Virus record (IMG/VR): IMGVR_UViG_2519899647_000001
Length of the DNA stretch: 64,000 nucleotides
Strand: one strand, 5' to 3'
Origin: an uncultured virus (IMG/VR IMGVR_UViG_2519899647_000001)
Lineage: Duplodnaviria > Heunggongvirae > Uroviricota > Caudoviricetes
Below, piece after piece: positions 8,585 through 19,010 of this stretch (its first letter is position 1; each line of letters begins with the position of its first letter). The translations under genes were made by a program, and so were the position numbers. The notes under the pieces were generated by a model. It was not told where the DNA came from, made no database searches, and saw nothing but the letters and a program-made list of their open reading frames with translations.

Positions 8585-9277
8585 TCATTCGCTCAGTTCA
8601 AGTCCGCTCGGTTCGACCACTCGGTTTCTTTCAAACATCCCATCCATGACAAGTCCGGATTCGATCTGCGCATGGAAGTCCAGATGCGAGTAAATATCCG
8701 CTGTGGTTGAGAAGGTGCTGTGTCCCAGCCGTATCTGGATTTGCTTCATGGATATGCCGCTTGCCAGCAGCAGGCTGGCGCAGCTATGTCTGAGATCGTG
8801 GAAGCGAATCTTTTTGAGTCCGAATTTTTCAAGCAGCCAGCTGAAATGCTCAGTGACATAATTAGGGCGGATGAGCTTACCGGTTTGATCGAGGCAAATG
8901 TAATCGAGATATTCCCGGCAATAAGAGCGTTTGAATAGCCTGCGGTACATTTCCTGTTTCTCTTTCTCTGCAAGTAGCAGTTTCTCGACAGAGGGCAGCA
9001 GTGGGAGTGTACGGAAGCTGGATTTGGTTTTGAGCACATCCTCACCGACAGGTACAAACTTGCCATCCACCTCGTCCTCAATTACCTTGTGCCTGATGGA
9101 GATCGTTTTTTGTTCGAGGTTAATCGCATCCCATTTCAGACCAAGAACTTCACTTCTCCGTAGCCCATAGTAAGCCGCCAGCTTTACGCATATCTCCAAG
9201 GGATCGTCTGATACCGCATCAAATAATGTCATAATTTCTTCTGCGGAATAAAACTGTGCCTGATATACATTCTTCTT
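8585..9277 (-). pseudogene. tyrosine integrase, catalytic domain only (N-terminus deleted)
   Basis: GLRRSEVLGLKW, KTKSSFR, RFHDLRHSCAS, LGHSTFSTTADIYSH; integrase-like frame begins at KKNVYQAQFYSAEE (~9277), in-frame ATG at 9232. Confidence 0.8.
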
Positions 9278-9753
9278 TCCTCCGCCACCTGTCCCAGTTT
9301 ATGAAAAACCGGACGTATCTCATTTGCACGGTGCATATCTACGTTAGCGCCCAGATAAGCCTGCAAGGGGTCCAGGATAAGCATTTTGGCATCCGTCTTC
9401 TGAATCGCTTCCCGAATACGCTCATCGCTGAGAGACAGCATCTCCTTACTCTCATCAATTACTAATATTCGGTTACAGTCTGCACCCACCAGCTCCAGTC
9501 GTGGCTTAATGGTATCGGAAAGGCCATCCTCTGCGGTTTGATAAATCACATTTGCAGGCTGTATCGGCTCCGCGCCCGGCAGGGCTTCTCCTTTGGTGAG
9601 AAGTGCAGCAATTGCCAGAATGAGATGCGTTTTTCCTTCACCCGGATCACCCTGCATAATAGTCAGCTTTCCGAAAGGTATGTAGGGATACCACAGCCAC
9701 TGCACAGCGGTAGCTTCCACGTCAGACATATTAATCAGCTGTAATTCACTCAT
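9229..9753 (-). pseudogene. AAA_25/RepA-like helicase, C-terminally truncated
   Basis: VQWLWYPYIPFGKLTIMQGDPGEGKT, YQTAEDG, LILDPLQAY; homology stops at VAEE. Confidence 0.8.
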
Positions 9754-9886
9754 ACTTCCTCCTACGGGAATTGTATTTTCAAAAAGTCATTCCCTGTGAT
9801 ATAATGGTAACAAGAGTAAGACGGATTTGAAATAAAGAACCGGAAATAATTTTTTCTTGAAAAATCCATTCCATAGGGAGGCCATT

Positions 9887-10987
9887 ATGTTCTATGTACC
9901 ACAGTTGCCATGCTACAAAATATATAAAGAGTCCGCACATGCCCTGCGGATTGTTTGGTTTGAAAATGAATCGAGCATGGGACATTTTAAGCAGGAATGT
10001 GTAGGTGACTTTCTGATTCAGTTTCTGGAGATGGATTTGACCGAGTATGAAGCAGCAGTTTGGCAATTCGCCAGCGGGACGGATTTTGAACCCGAACTCC
10101 TAATCAAGCTAGGTTACGCAGAACTCAAAACCCAGATGTTGAATGCTGCTGATTTACTTAGTGGAAATTTGCATCTGCACCGCTTTTTAGTAGGTGTTAT
10201 GACACAATTCTTTGAAGATGAAAAATTGAGGGTCATTGATCAGATGAAAAGTGCTTACTTGGAGTTGGTGTATATTATTCAGATGCACCGGCAGTTTTCT
10301 ACCGGCATGGCATTTTGCTTGGATGACAGCTTATATCCGAACATTTCTATGCCAAGAAAATTCTCTGGTTTTATACAATCTTCCAAGCGACTTCGTAACT
10401 ATAAATTCCAGACAGGTTACGGTATGGCACCGGTAGACAGGCATGGAAATCTGGATTATGCTTCAATTCGTCAAATGAATGACAGCGAGATGAATTTGGA
10501 TGAACAGCTTGATATAATCCACGGGGATAGGGACGGTGTCAGTTTACTGCCGTTTACATGGATTCTTTCTTTTGAAGATTTGATTGTTTACGATTTTATG
10601 GAACTTGTCAGCCTTGGACTAAGGGTCAAACGGTGCAAGCTATGCAATCGTTACTTCGTGTTAAAAAATAAGCATCATGCAGAATATTGTAGCCGAAAAA
10701 CAGAAAACGGCCGCACCTGCAAGCAAGTGGGGCCGAAGCTGGTATTTAATGCAGAACTGGAAAAACCGGAGAATGCTGCTCTCAGGGAGTATGAGCGTAT
10801 CCGACGAATGAAACAACAGCAACTGGAGCGTGACCGAAATAAGGAAACAGAAGAAACCATGGGGCAGGCTCAGGCAAAGTTTGATAAGTGGTCTATTCCA
10901 GCAATAGCCTTGAGAGAAAGGTTTATTGCTGGAATAATTGAGGAAGATGAATTTTTGACTGGGATTAAAAACATTGCCCTTTGTTAA
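9887..10987 (+). CDS. DUF6076-type protein with C-terminal Cys cluster
   Basis: KRCKLCNRYF...EYCSR...RTCKQVG; RBS GGGAGG. Confidence 0.7.
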   Translation: MFYVPQLPCYKIYKESAHALRIVWFENESSMGHFKQECVGDFLIQFLEMDLTEYEAAVWQFASGTDFEPELLIKLGYAELKTQMLNAADLLSGNLHLHRFLVGVMTQFFEDEKLRVIDQMKSAYLELVYIIQMHRQFSTGMAFCLDDSLYPNISMPRKFSGFIQSSKRLRNYKFQTGYGMAPVDRHGNLDYASIRQMNDSEMNLDEQLDIIHGDRDGVSLLPFTWILSFEDLIVYDFMELVSLGLRVKRCKLCNRYFVLKNKHHAEYCSRKTENGRTCKQVGPKLVFNAELEKPENAALREYERIRRMKQQQLERDRNKETEETMGQAQAKFDKWSIPAIALRERFIAGIIEEDEFLTGIKNIALC

Positions 10988-11009
10988 ATAATTAAAGAAG
11001 GAGGATTTC

Positions 11010-11765
11010 ATGATTTTTGTAACTGGTGATACACATGGAGACTATACCCGATTTAAAACCGATATTTTCCCAGAACAAAAAGAAATGACAAAAGCTGATT
11101 TTGTAGTAATCTGTGGAGATTTCGGTATCTGGGATACTTCTAACCACAGCAAATATTGGTTTGACTGGCTGGAGAAGAAATCATTTACTACACTTTTTGT
11201 TGATGGAAACCATGAGAACTATGATATCTTAAACAATTACCCAATAGAAAAATGGAAAGGAGGAAATGTACATTTTATTCGTCCTTCTATCATTCATTTA
11301 ATGCGGGGACAGCTTTTTGAGATTGCAGGGAAACGCATTTTTACAATGGGTGGTGCTTCTTCTCACGATATCAACGATGGTATATTAGAGCCTGATGATT
11401 CTAATTTTAAAAAGAAAAAAGCCCGGCTGGATAAACAGGGGAAATCTATGTATCGTATCAACCATCGTTCTTGGTGGCGGGAAGAACTGCCAAGCGAAGC
11501 GGAGTATGCTACTGCACGTTCTACTCTGGAATCTTGCGGTTGGCGAGTCGATTACATTTTTACTCATTGTGCTCCTAGCAGCGTAATAGAGCTTCTTGGT
11601 GATGGAATGTACCAGCCTGATGCTTTGACAGACTTCCACGAGGAAATCTGTCAAAGGTGCAAATTTGATTATTGGTTCTTTGGACATTACCATGAAAATA
11701 GGCATATAGGGAGAAAATATGTTCTACTGTATGAGCAGATTATAGAACTTCCAGCACAATTATAG
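11010..11765 (+). CDS. calcineurin-like metallophosphoesterase
   Basis: TGDTHG, CGDFG, DGNHEN, THCAP, FFGHYH. Confidence 0.9.
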   Translation: MIFVTGDTHGDYTRFKTDIFPEQKEMTKADFVVICGDFGIWDTSNHSKYWFDWLEKKSFTTLFVDGNHENYDILNNYPIEKWKGGNVHFIRPSIIHLMRGQLFEIAGKRIFTMGGASSHDINDGILEPDDSNFKKKKARLDKQGKSMYRINHRSWWREELPSEAEYATARSTLESCGWRVDYIFTHCAPSSVIELLGDGMYQPDALTDFHEEICQRCKFDYWFFGHYHENRHIGRKYVLLYEQIIELPAQL

Positions 11766-11970
11766 AAATATGAAATAAATTATTTGTTTTGTATGCGTTT
11801 TATGATATAATTTATTTTGTATAGTTATGTCAAAACAAAGGTGTTAGCTAGGCCTTGATTTTGTAAGTTACAACATGTTAAAAGAATATTTTATCTTTTG
11901 CTATATAAAGGGAACCAAGTACACTTTATATTTTTTTCTACTCTGAAGATTGGTGGTGGCAAGTGCTGAT

Positions 11971-14334
11971 ATGAATAAAAAACAGTTAAGCGAGCAGGAA
12001 ATCCGAACGCAATTCATTACTCCCGCCATTCAAAAGGCTGGATGGTCAAACGGCCAAATTCGTGAAGAGTACGCTATTACTAAAGGGCGTATTGTTGCAC
12101 GTGGTGGAACATATAAGCGCGATAAAGCAAAATTTGCTGACTATGTGCTGTTTTATAAACCACATATCCCACTTGCCATTGTAGAAGCAAAGGACAATAA
12201 TCATACTATTTCAGATGGAATGCAGCAAGCGCTCGATTATGCAGAACGGTTACTTATCCCATTTGTCTTTACTTCAAATGGTGATGGATTTACTTTTCGT
12301 AATAGAATGGTAGTCAATGGAGCAAAAGAACAGCAACTGACACTGACCCAATTTCCTTCCCCAGCGATGCTCTGGAATATGTATAAAACCAACACGGGTA
12401 TTACCAACGAGCAGGAAACAGTTATCATAGAGCCATATTATTCCGAACGTGATGACAGAACGCCACGTTATTATCAAATGAATGCTATTAACCTAACAGT
12501 TGATGCAGTCGTGCGAGGTCAAAACCGTGTGCTTCTGGTTATGGCCACAGGAACAGGAAAAACATACACTGCGTTCCAGATTATCTGGCGGCTCTGGAAA
12601 TCGGGTGTTAAAAAACGTATTCTTTTTCTTGCAGACCGTAATGCTCTGATTGACCAAACATACAGCAACGATTTTTCACCGTTCAAAGACAAAATGACCA
12701 TTATTCGAAATCGAAAAGCTGATCCTTCCTATGAAATTTATCTTGCACTATACCAAGGTCTTACTGGCGAAGGTGATAAAGAAATTTTTCGACAGTTTAG
12801 TCCAGGGTTCTTTGACCTTATTATTATTGATGAATGTCACCGTGGCAGCGCAAATGAAAATAGTGAATGGCGCACTGTACTGGACTATTTTACAGCAGCA
12901 ACACAAATTGGTCTGACAGCTACTCCAAAAGAAACCAAAGACATTTCAAACATTGACTATTTTGGTGATCCTATATATACATATTCTCTTAAGCAAGGGA
13001 TTGAGGACGGTTTCCTTGCTCCTTATCGTGTGATTAGGGTTCTCCTAGATAAGGATGCAGAGGGTTACCGTCCTTACAAAGGACAAACTGATCGCTTTGG
13101 TAACGAGATAGCAGACAGAGAGTATAACACCAGAGATTACGACCGAGAATTGGTACTAGAAATGCGAACCAAATTGGTTGCAAGGGTCGTATCCAACTAT
13201 TTAAAAAAGCATAATATTCGCTACGATAAAGCGATTTTTTTCTGCGTTGATACTGAGCACGCTGACAGAATGCGTCAAGCTCTCGTGAATGAAAATATTG
13301 ACCTTGTAAATGATGATGAGCGATATGTTATGCGTATTACGGGTGATGATGATATTGGAAAAAAACAGATTGATGCCTTTCGTGATGTTTCCAGTCGTTA
13401 TCCTGTTTTAGTAACCACCTCTAAGCTTCTAACAACAGGCGTTGATGTGCAGATGGTCAAGTTTATTGTGTTAGATGCCAATATCAATAGCATGACGGAA
13501 TTTAAACAGATCATAGGCCGTGGCACTCGTGTTAGAGAAGATTTGGGTAAAATGTTTTTTACCATCTTTGACTTTAGGGATGCTACTCGTTTATTTGCAG
13601 ACCCCGATTTTGATGGACCAAGCGAACAGGATGATTCTTTTACACCGGGGGAGAATGGGGAAATCCCTGACTTGCCCGGCGATCAACCAATTGACTCACC
13701 AGAAGATTCTGGCAAAATGGGTTCTGGCGATGATGGCGGCAATGACGGAGAATTTCCAACGCATGAGAGGCGCACAAAGTATTATGTAGACGATGTGGAG
13801 GTCACGGTTCTCAAACAGCGTGTTCAATACATTGATAAAGACGGAAAGCTGATTACTGAATCCTTGACGGATTACACGCGCCGCAATGTGTTGAACCAGT
13901 ATGCTACGCTAGACGATTTTCTAGCTGCATGGAATACCTCTGAACGAAAACAGGCTATTCTAGATGAACTTGCACAGCAAGGCATTTTAATAGAGGAGTT
14001 GCAAGAGCAAATTGGTCAAGAGTTTGATCCATTTGACCTTTTGTGCCATGTGGCATTTGATATGCCTCCGCTTACACGTCGTGAGCGGGCAAACAATGTT
14101 AAAAAGCGGAATTATTTTGCTAAATACGGGGAACAAGCACAAGCAGTACTCAATGCTCTGCTGGACAAATATACCGATACCGGCGTTTCAAACTTAGAGA
14201 GTATGGATGTATTAAAGGTTAACCCCATCTGTCAGTTTGGCAACCCAATGTATATTATAAACCGTATTTTTAAGGGCAAAAAGAATTTTGAAGAAGCGGT
14301 GCGTGAATTAGAAAAAGAGCTTTACGCAGCGTAA
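11971..14334 (+). CDS. hsdR: type I restriction enzyme R subunit (EcoAI/EcoEI-like)
   Basis: ADYVL...VEAK nuclease motif, MATGTGKT, DECHRG, GLTATP, QIIGRGTR, EcoEI-type C-terminus. Confidence 0.95.
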   Translation: MNKKQLSEQEIRTQFITPAIQKAGWSNGQIREEYAITKGRIVARGGTYKRDKAKFADYVLFYKPHIPLAIVEAKDNNHTISDGMQQALDYAERLLIPFVFTSNGDGFTFRNRMVVNGAKEQQLTLTQFPSPAMLWNMYKTNTGITNEQETVIIEPYYSERDDRTPRYYQMNAINLTVDAVVRGQNRVLLVMATGTGKTYTAFQIIWRLWKSGVKKRILFLADRNALIDQTYSNDFSPFKDKMTIIRNRKADPSYEIYLALYQGLTGEGDKEIFRQFSPGFFDLIIIDECHRGSANENSEWRTVLDYFTAATQIGLTATPKETKDISNIDYFGDPIYTYSLKQGIEDGFLAPYRVIRVLLDKDAEGYRPYKGQTDRFGNEIADREYNTRDYDRELVLEMRTKLVARVVSNYLKKHNIRYDKAIFFCVDTEHADRMRQALVNENIDLVNDDERYVMRITGDDDIGKKQIDAFRDVSSRYPVLVTTSKLLTTGVDVQMVKFIVLDANINSMTEFKQIIGRGTRVREDLGKMFFTIFDFRDATRLFADPDFDGPSEQDDSFTPGENGEIPDLPGDQPIDSPEDSGKMGSGDDGGNDGEFPTHERRTKYYVDDVEVTVLKQRVQYIDKDGKLITESLTDYTRRNVLNQYATLDDFLAAWNTSERKQAILDELAQQGILIEELQEQIGQEFDPFDLLCHVAFDMPPLTRRERANNVKKRNYFAKYGEQAQAVLNALLDKYTDTGVSNLESMDVLKVNPICQFGNPMYIINRIFKGKKNFEEAVRELEKELYAA

Positions 14335-14351
14335 TTTAGGAGGAACTTACT

Positions 14352-14930
14352 ATGGCAGTATCCGGTACAACAAAGGCACTCAAAGACATTATGCGCATTG
14401 ATGCGGGAATCAATGGCGATGCGCAGTATATCGAACAGATTACATGGATGCTGTTTTTAAAAGCATTTGATTTTAAGGAACAAGAGTGGGAAACAACCGA
14501 GGATGATTATTATGAGATCGTTCCTGAAAAATATCGCTGGCGTACATGGGCAGAGGACCCAGAGGGTGTTACAGGCGAAGGATTAATTTCACATATAAAC
14601 GAAATGTTTTCCAGCTTGCGTAAGCTGGATATTTCCGAAGATCCCAAGCATCGCAAATGGCTGATTCGCAGTATCATGGAAGGTGTCAACAATTTTATGA
14701 AATCCGGCACACTGCTGCGCCAAGTCATCAATAAAATCAATGCCGACATAGACTTTTATAATATGCCGTCCGGTCACTTGTTTAACGGTATTTATGAGAG
14801 TATGCTTAAAGATTTGCAAAGTGCGGGTAAGTCTGGCGAGTTTTATACTCCCCGCCCTGTCACACATTTTATTGTAGAAAAAGTTGACCCAAAGCTGGGA
14901 GATACTGTTCTAGATGAAGCAGTTGCGTGA
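14352..14930 (+). pseudogene. hsdM: type I methyltransferase M subunit, 5' part only (interrupted)
   Basis: QITWMLFLK, GEFYTPRPV, then VLD|EAVA* where DPACGTGGFL is expected. Confidence 0.9.
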
Positions 14931-15215
14931 TTGATACAAGGATTTCTGCCCGTTTTCGTTAGGGCGTTTGAGAATACATAGGAATTACCGCCTTTTTCAC
15001 ACCGAGGGGTGTGCAGAAGGCTTATTTTTTGCTTGCCAGTAGCGGAGACACCTCTCATCCGGCGGTGCGGGGTGCGCAGACTGTTCGGAATTACACACGC
15101 ACATAACGAAAAGCCTTGTCCCGTAACGATTTATAGGAAATATCGTTACGAGGGTGTGCAACGAGAATGGGCAAGAACAAATGATAGAAAACAACAACAA
15201 ATTACAGAAAACCTA

Positions 15216-15244
15216 TTGAAAATCGCGCCTGGATGAGTTATAAT
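15216..15244 (+). promoter_or_regulatory. sigmaA promoter of the R-M operon
   Basis: TTGAAA-17 bp-TATAAT upstream of RBS GGAGGT. Confidence 0.7.
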
Positions 15245-15285
15245 ATAAAATGATTTACTGTGAGGTTTAGTTCGGAGGTATTGAA

Positions 15286-15480
15286 ATGGCAGAAGTCAAC
15301 ACCGATAAATGGATAAACATTGATGAGGCCGCAGAGTATCTTGGCGTAAAGCCGGGTACTATTCGTGACTGGATTAGAAAAGGAAAAGACGTACCAGCTC
15401 ATAAAATTGGAAAGCAATGGAAATTCAAATGCTCTGAATTAGATAACTGGGTTGCGAGTGGAAAGAGCGCAATGGAGTGA
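15286..15480 (+). CDS. small Xis-like HTH protein (possible R-M controller)
   Basis: WINIDEAAEYLGVKPGTIRDWIRK...PAHKIGKQWKFK.SELDNW. Confidence 0.8.
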   Translation: MAEVNTDKWINIDEAAEYLGVKPGTIRDWIRKGKDVPAHKIGKQWKFKCSELDNWVASGKSAME

Positions 15481-15540
15481 GTACAGCCTTACATATAAGA
15501 TATTAGCGTCCGTGCGAGGAAGGAACGGTAGGAATCTGAT

Positions 15541-16797
15541 ATGAGCGAATTAAATAAAAAGAAACCAGTTGAGCTGGGTAGAAAATATAATTTTATCGAT
15601 TTGTTTGCTGGATGTGGCGGGTTGAGCGAAGGATTCTATGCACAAGGGTTTAATGCACTGGCTCATGTAGAGATTGATCATTTTGCGTGTGAAACCCTTA
15701 AAACAAGAATGAAGTATTATGGCTATGATGATGCTGATACCGCTGTTTTAGAGGAAGACATCACTTCAAAGGACATTCTTGCAAAAATAAAGAAGGTTGT
15801 AGGAGAACAGTCAGTTGACATTATCATAGGCGGTCCTCCTTGTCAGTCCTTTTCTCCTTTAGGAAAGGCAAAAGACGAAAATAATATGCAAGATGATCCG
15901 AGAAACTACTTGTTTGAGAACTATGTTAAGGTGTTGAACCATTTCAAACCTAAGTTCTTTGTGTTCGAGAATGTAACGGGTTTGTTGGATACGGAAGTTA
16001 AAGGAAAAAGTATATTCAAAATGATTCTTCGCCGCCTCAGAAGAAATTATCGTGTTTTAAGCGATGAGGACACGATTGTACTTAATGCGACAAACTATGG
16101 AGTCCCACAGGAACGGAAACGTGTCATCTTGATTGGGGTGCGGAAAGATATTGATATTGCTGCGGAGGATGTCTATAAAGCGATTGAAAAAACGCACTAC
16201 TTGCCAGGAGCGCCAAGTGATGCGAAAAAAGGGTTGAAAAAATATGTGACAGTGAAGGATGCGATTGGCGATCTTCCAAAACTGCAACAGGGACAGGGTG
16301 AAAAAATCATGGATTATCCTAATGAGTATGATTCATGCAATACCTATGTTAAGAAAATCAGAAAGAGGAGTGACAAGAAACTCCGGGATCATGTTGCCCG
16401 CATGAACAACGAAAAAGATGTTGAACGATATAGGGTGATGGCAGAAAACCACTGGAACTTTTTGGAACTGTTAGAATATAGGCCTGACTTAGGACATGAA
16501 AAAAAGCGTGTATTCTTCAACAGCTACAAGGTGCAGTGGTGGGATATGCCGGCAAGAACAATAATCGCCCATCTGCATAAAGATGGAAATCAGTTTATCC
16601 ATCCCGATCCCGACCAAGGACGAAGCATAACAGTTAGAGAAGCTGCAAGGCTACAGTCATTTCCTGACGATTTTGTCTTTGAGGGTTCACGATCAGAACA
16701 GTTCAAGCAAATCGGGAATGCTGTGCCACCGATGTTGGCAGAGGCAATTGCTAAAGCCGTTCGGTTACAATTTGAAAAAATAGAACAGGAGCAATAA
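15541..16797 (+). CDS. C5 cytosine DNA methyltransferase M1
   Basis: DLFAGCGG, GGPPCQ, ENV, QERKR, REAARLQSFPD, QIGNAVPP. Confidence 0.95.
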   Translation: MSELNKKKPVELGRKYNFIDLFAGCGGLSEGFYAQGFNALAHVEIDHFACETLKTRMKYYGYDDADTAVLEEDITSKDILAKIKKVVGEQSVDIIIGGPPCQSFSPLGKAKDENNMQDDPRNYLFENYVKVLNHFKPKFFVFENVTGLLDTEVKGKSIFKMILRRLRRNYRVLSDEDTIVLNATNYGVPQERKRVILIGVRKDIDIAAEDVYKAIEKTHYLPGAPSDAKKGLKKYVTVKDAIGDLPKLQQGQGEKIMDYPNEYDSCNTYVKKIRKRSDKKLRDHVARMNNEKDVERYRVMAENHWNFLELLEYRPDLGHEKKRVFFNSYKVQWWDMPARTIIAHLHKDGNQFIHPDPDQGRSITVREAARLQSFPDDFVFEGSRSEQFKQIGNAVPPMLAEAIAKAVRLQFEKIEQEQ

Positions 16798-16801
16798 ATG
16801 T

Positions 16802-18340
16802 ATGTATCAGCCAATTGCGGATATAGATAAATGGGACAATGCGACCAAACGTTATTATAAAGAGAAAATCGAAATCTTTATAAAAACCGTGATGGCTGTA
16901 TCCATGAAAGAGAATGTTTCTTTGGATGTAACTGATGACGAGGGTGCTGTTGACCTTTTTATAGAAATGGGCTTTATTAAGCAGGCAGATGATCTTGAAT
17001 CTGTAAAAGCGCTTATTAAAGGAGGAACTTATAAGGAGTTCATAAAATGCGGTACAGTTGTGGCTGGAAACCGTAAAATCTATGATCCTTATCTTCTCAA
17101 ACTGAATGAATCGACTCGTAAGGAATTGCAGCGTAAAGAAGCGGAATCCACTAAGTTTCGCCTGGTTGATCTGTTTTGTGGAGCAGGCGGATTGAGTTTA
17201 GGATTCATTAGAGAAGGCTGTCGTGTGGTTTTTGCAAACGATATAGACGACCTTTGTATCGAAACATATAAGTATAACCATCCCGAAATTTTGGAGGATG
17301 ATGTTATTTGTGGTGACATAAGAAAAATAGTGGACAGGATCGAAGACTATATTGACGAAGATATAGACATTGTCATAGGGGGACCGCCGTGCCAAGGCTT
17401 CAGTTCTGCCAATAAGCATCATAGGGTAATCAATGATCCTCGAAATGAACTGTATAAGTATTACATCAAAGCTATTGAGAAACTTGCGCCGAAGATTGTG
17501 GTCATGGAGAATGTCCGCGGAATGTTGAAAGTTGCAGACCAAGTAGTAGAAGACTATGAATCTATCTGTGCGAAAAAAGGCGGTCAAGAATATCACTACA
17601 AAATCTCGTATAGACTTCTTAACTCTGCTGATTTCTCGGTGGCGCAAAGCAGAGAACGCCTAATATACATTGCTATCCGAGATGACATTGTAGAAAGGAC
17701 AGGCACAAATCCTGATAGCGTTTTCCAAGCTATTGAGACTAACGGAAAAAATGCTACAGTGTTTAATCTTTCGGCTGCATTGGAAGGTGTACGCCCGTTG
17801 GAACCGCCAGAGGTTATGGGTGTGGGAGAAGTAGATACCGAAGAGGCAGGAAGAAAAATTGATGTGAATCCATTTGATGGTCGAGAAAACGCATATCTCC
17901 GTCTGATAAATGATGACAGGGCTGTTCCGCTTGTGTTTAATCACAAGGCACGATACTGCAGTCCAATTAATCATGAGATATATCGTAGACTAAATCCTGG
18001 GGATGATGCTACTGATCCTAAAATTGCCGATATAATGCCCTACGCACACAGAAACGATAAGTTTAAGGATAAATACTTTAAACTTCATGCTGATAGACCT
18101 TGTCGAACTATAACGGCTCATTTACGTTCGGATTGTCATTCGCATATACATCCAACAGAGGCGAGAACTTTAACGCCAAGGGAAGCCGCCAGGGTACAGT
18201 CTTTTCCAGATGACTATCTCTTCCTTGGTCCTTACCTAAAAACATATATTCAAATAGGAAATGCGGTACCTCCGCTTATGGCAAAAGGAATAGCACATGA
18301 ATTGATAAAACTGTTAGGCGGTGATGAGAATGAAAATTGA
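16802..18340 (+). CDS. C5 cytosine DNA methyltransferase M2 with ~115-aa N-terminal extension
   Basis: DLFCGAGG, GGPPCQ, ENV, QSRER, REAARVQSFPD, QIGNAVPP. Confidence 0.95.
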   Translation: MYQPIADIDKWDNATKRYYKEKIEIFIKTVMAVSMKENVSLDVTDDEGAVDLFIEMGFIKQADDLESVKALIKGGTYKEFIKCGTVVAGNRKIYDPYLLKLNESTRKELQRKEAESTKFRLVDLFCGAGGLSLGFIREGCRVVFANDIDDLCIETYKYNHPEILEDDVICGDIRKIVDRIEDYIDEDIDIVIGGPPCQGFSSANKHHRVINDPRNELYKYYIKAIEKLAPKIVVMENVRGMLKVADQVVEDYESICAKKGGQEYHYKISYRLLNSADFSVAQSRERLIYIAIRDDIVERTGTNPDSVFQAIETNGKNATVFNLSAALEGVRPLEPPEVMGVGEVDTEEAGRKIDVNPFDGRENAYLRLINDDRAVPLVFNHKARYCSPINHEIYRRLNPGDDATDPKIADIMPYAHRNDKFKDKYFKLHADRPCRTITAHLRSDCHSHIHPTEARTLTPREAARVQSFPDDYLFLGPYLKTYIQIGNAVPPLMAKGIAHELIKLLGGDENEN

Positions 18341-19010
18341 GAGCTTTATTAAAAGGCTTAATGCAACAGAACTTGGCGAAGGTGTTACAAATGATACTTA
18401 CATAGCTATCCCAAGAGATGTTGATTTGTCACAGATGTTAGAGAATCAGCAGGCAATGACTATATTTGATCGAGTCGAAGGCGTCCTTTATACCCCTGAA
18501 AACTCAAATATCAAGTATGTTCAAACGGGGCAGAATAATCAGGAGAGAATATCTGGTTTGGGACAGTATTTTCGCCGTGTGAGTGCTAACGTTGGCGATG
18601 AAATACTCATCGAAAAAGTCGAGGATGGCGATAATTGCATCTTGTACTTGGATTTTAACCATAGGGATGTAATAGTGTTTCAAAAGAACAAGGATTGGGT
18701 TGAGATATTAACACCTCAACGCATGGAACCTTATAAGACGGGTAACGACTATTCAATGGATGTAATTTATCAGAATGAGCGAGTGAAGTTGTATGTAAAG
18801 TATCTCGGTCAAAAAATGAAGAAAAAGACATCTCCTGCAGATACGGCAGCGTATGACTTGCTGATCGATAGTAAAAGCATTTTGCCCAATTACGAATATT
18901 TGGATTATATAGAAATTAGTAATGGGGATGCAGATAGAAGACTCGCAAGAATGAAAACATATATGCTTTCGCTGATAGACACAATGAATGCAGGAGGAGA
19001 CAAAAAATGA
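18330..19010 (+). CDS. hypothetical protein, possible B3/EcoRII-N-like DNA-binding domain
   Basis: FIKRLNATELG...DTYIAIP...ERISGLGQYFRRVSANVGDEILIEK; coupled to both neighbours. Confidence 0.5.
   Translation: MKIESFIKRLNATELGEGVTNDTYIAIPRDVDLSQMLENQQAMTIFDRVEGVLYTPENSNIKYVQTGQNNQERISGLGQYFRRVSANVGDEILIEKVEDGDNCILYLDFNHRDVIVFQKNKDWVEILTPQRMEPYKTGNDYSMDVIYQNERVKLYVKYLGQKMKKKTSPADTAAYDLLIDSKSILPNYEYLDYIEISNGDADRRLARMKTYMLSLIDTMNAGGDKK

Noticed and set aside
14931..15236. Short ORFs after the hsdM break
   Set aside because: No hsdM continuation seen and no recognisable motifs; read as the non-coding left end of the prophage.
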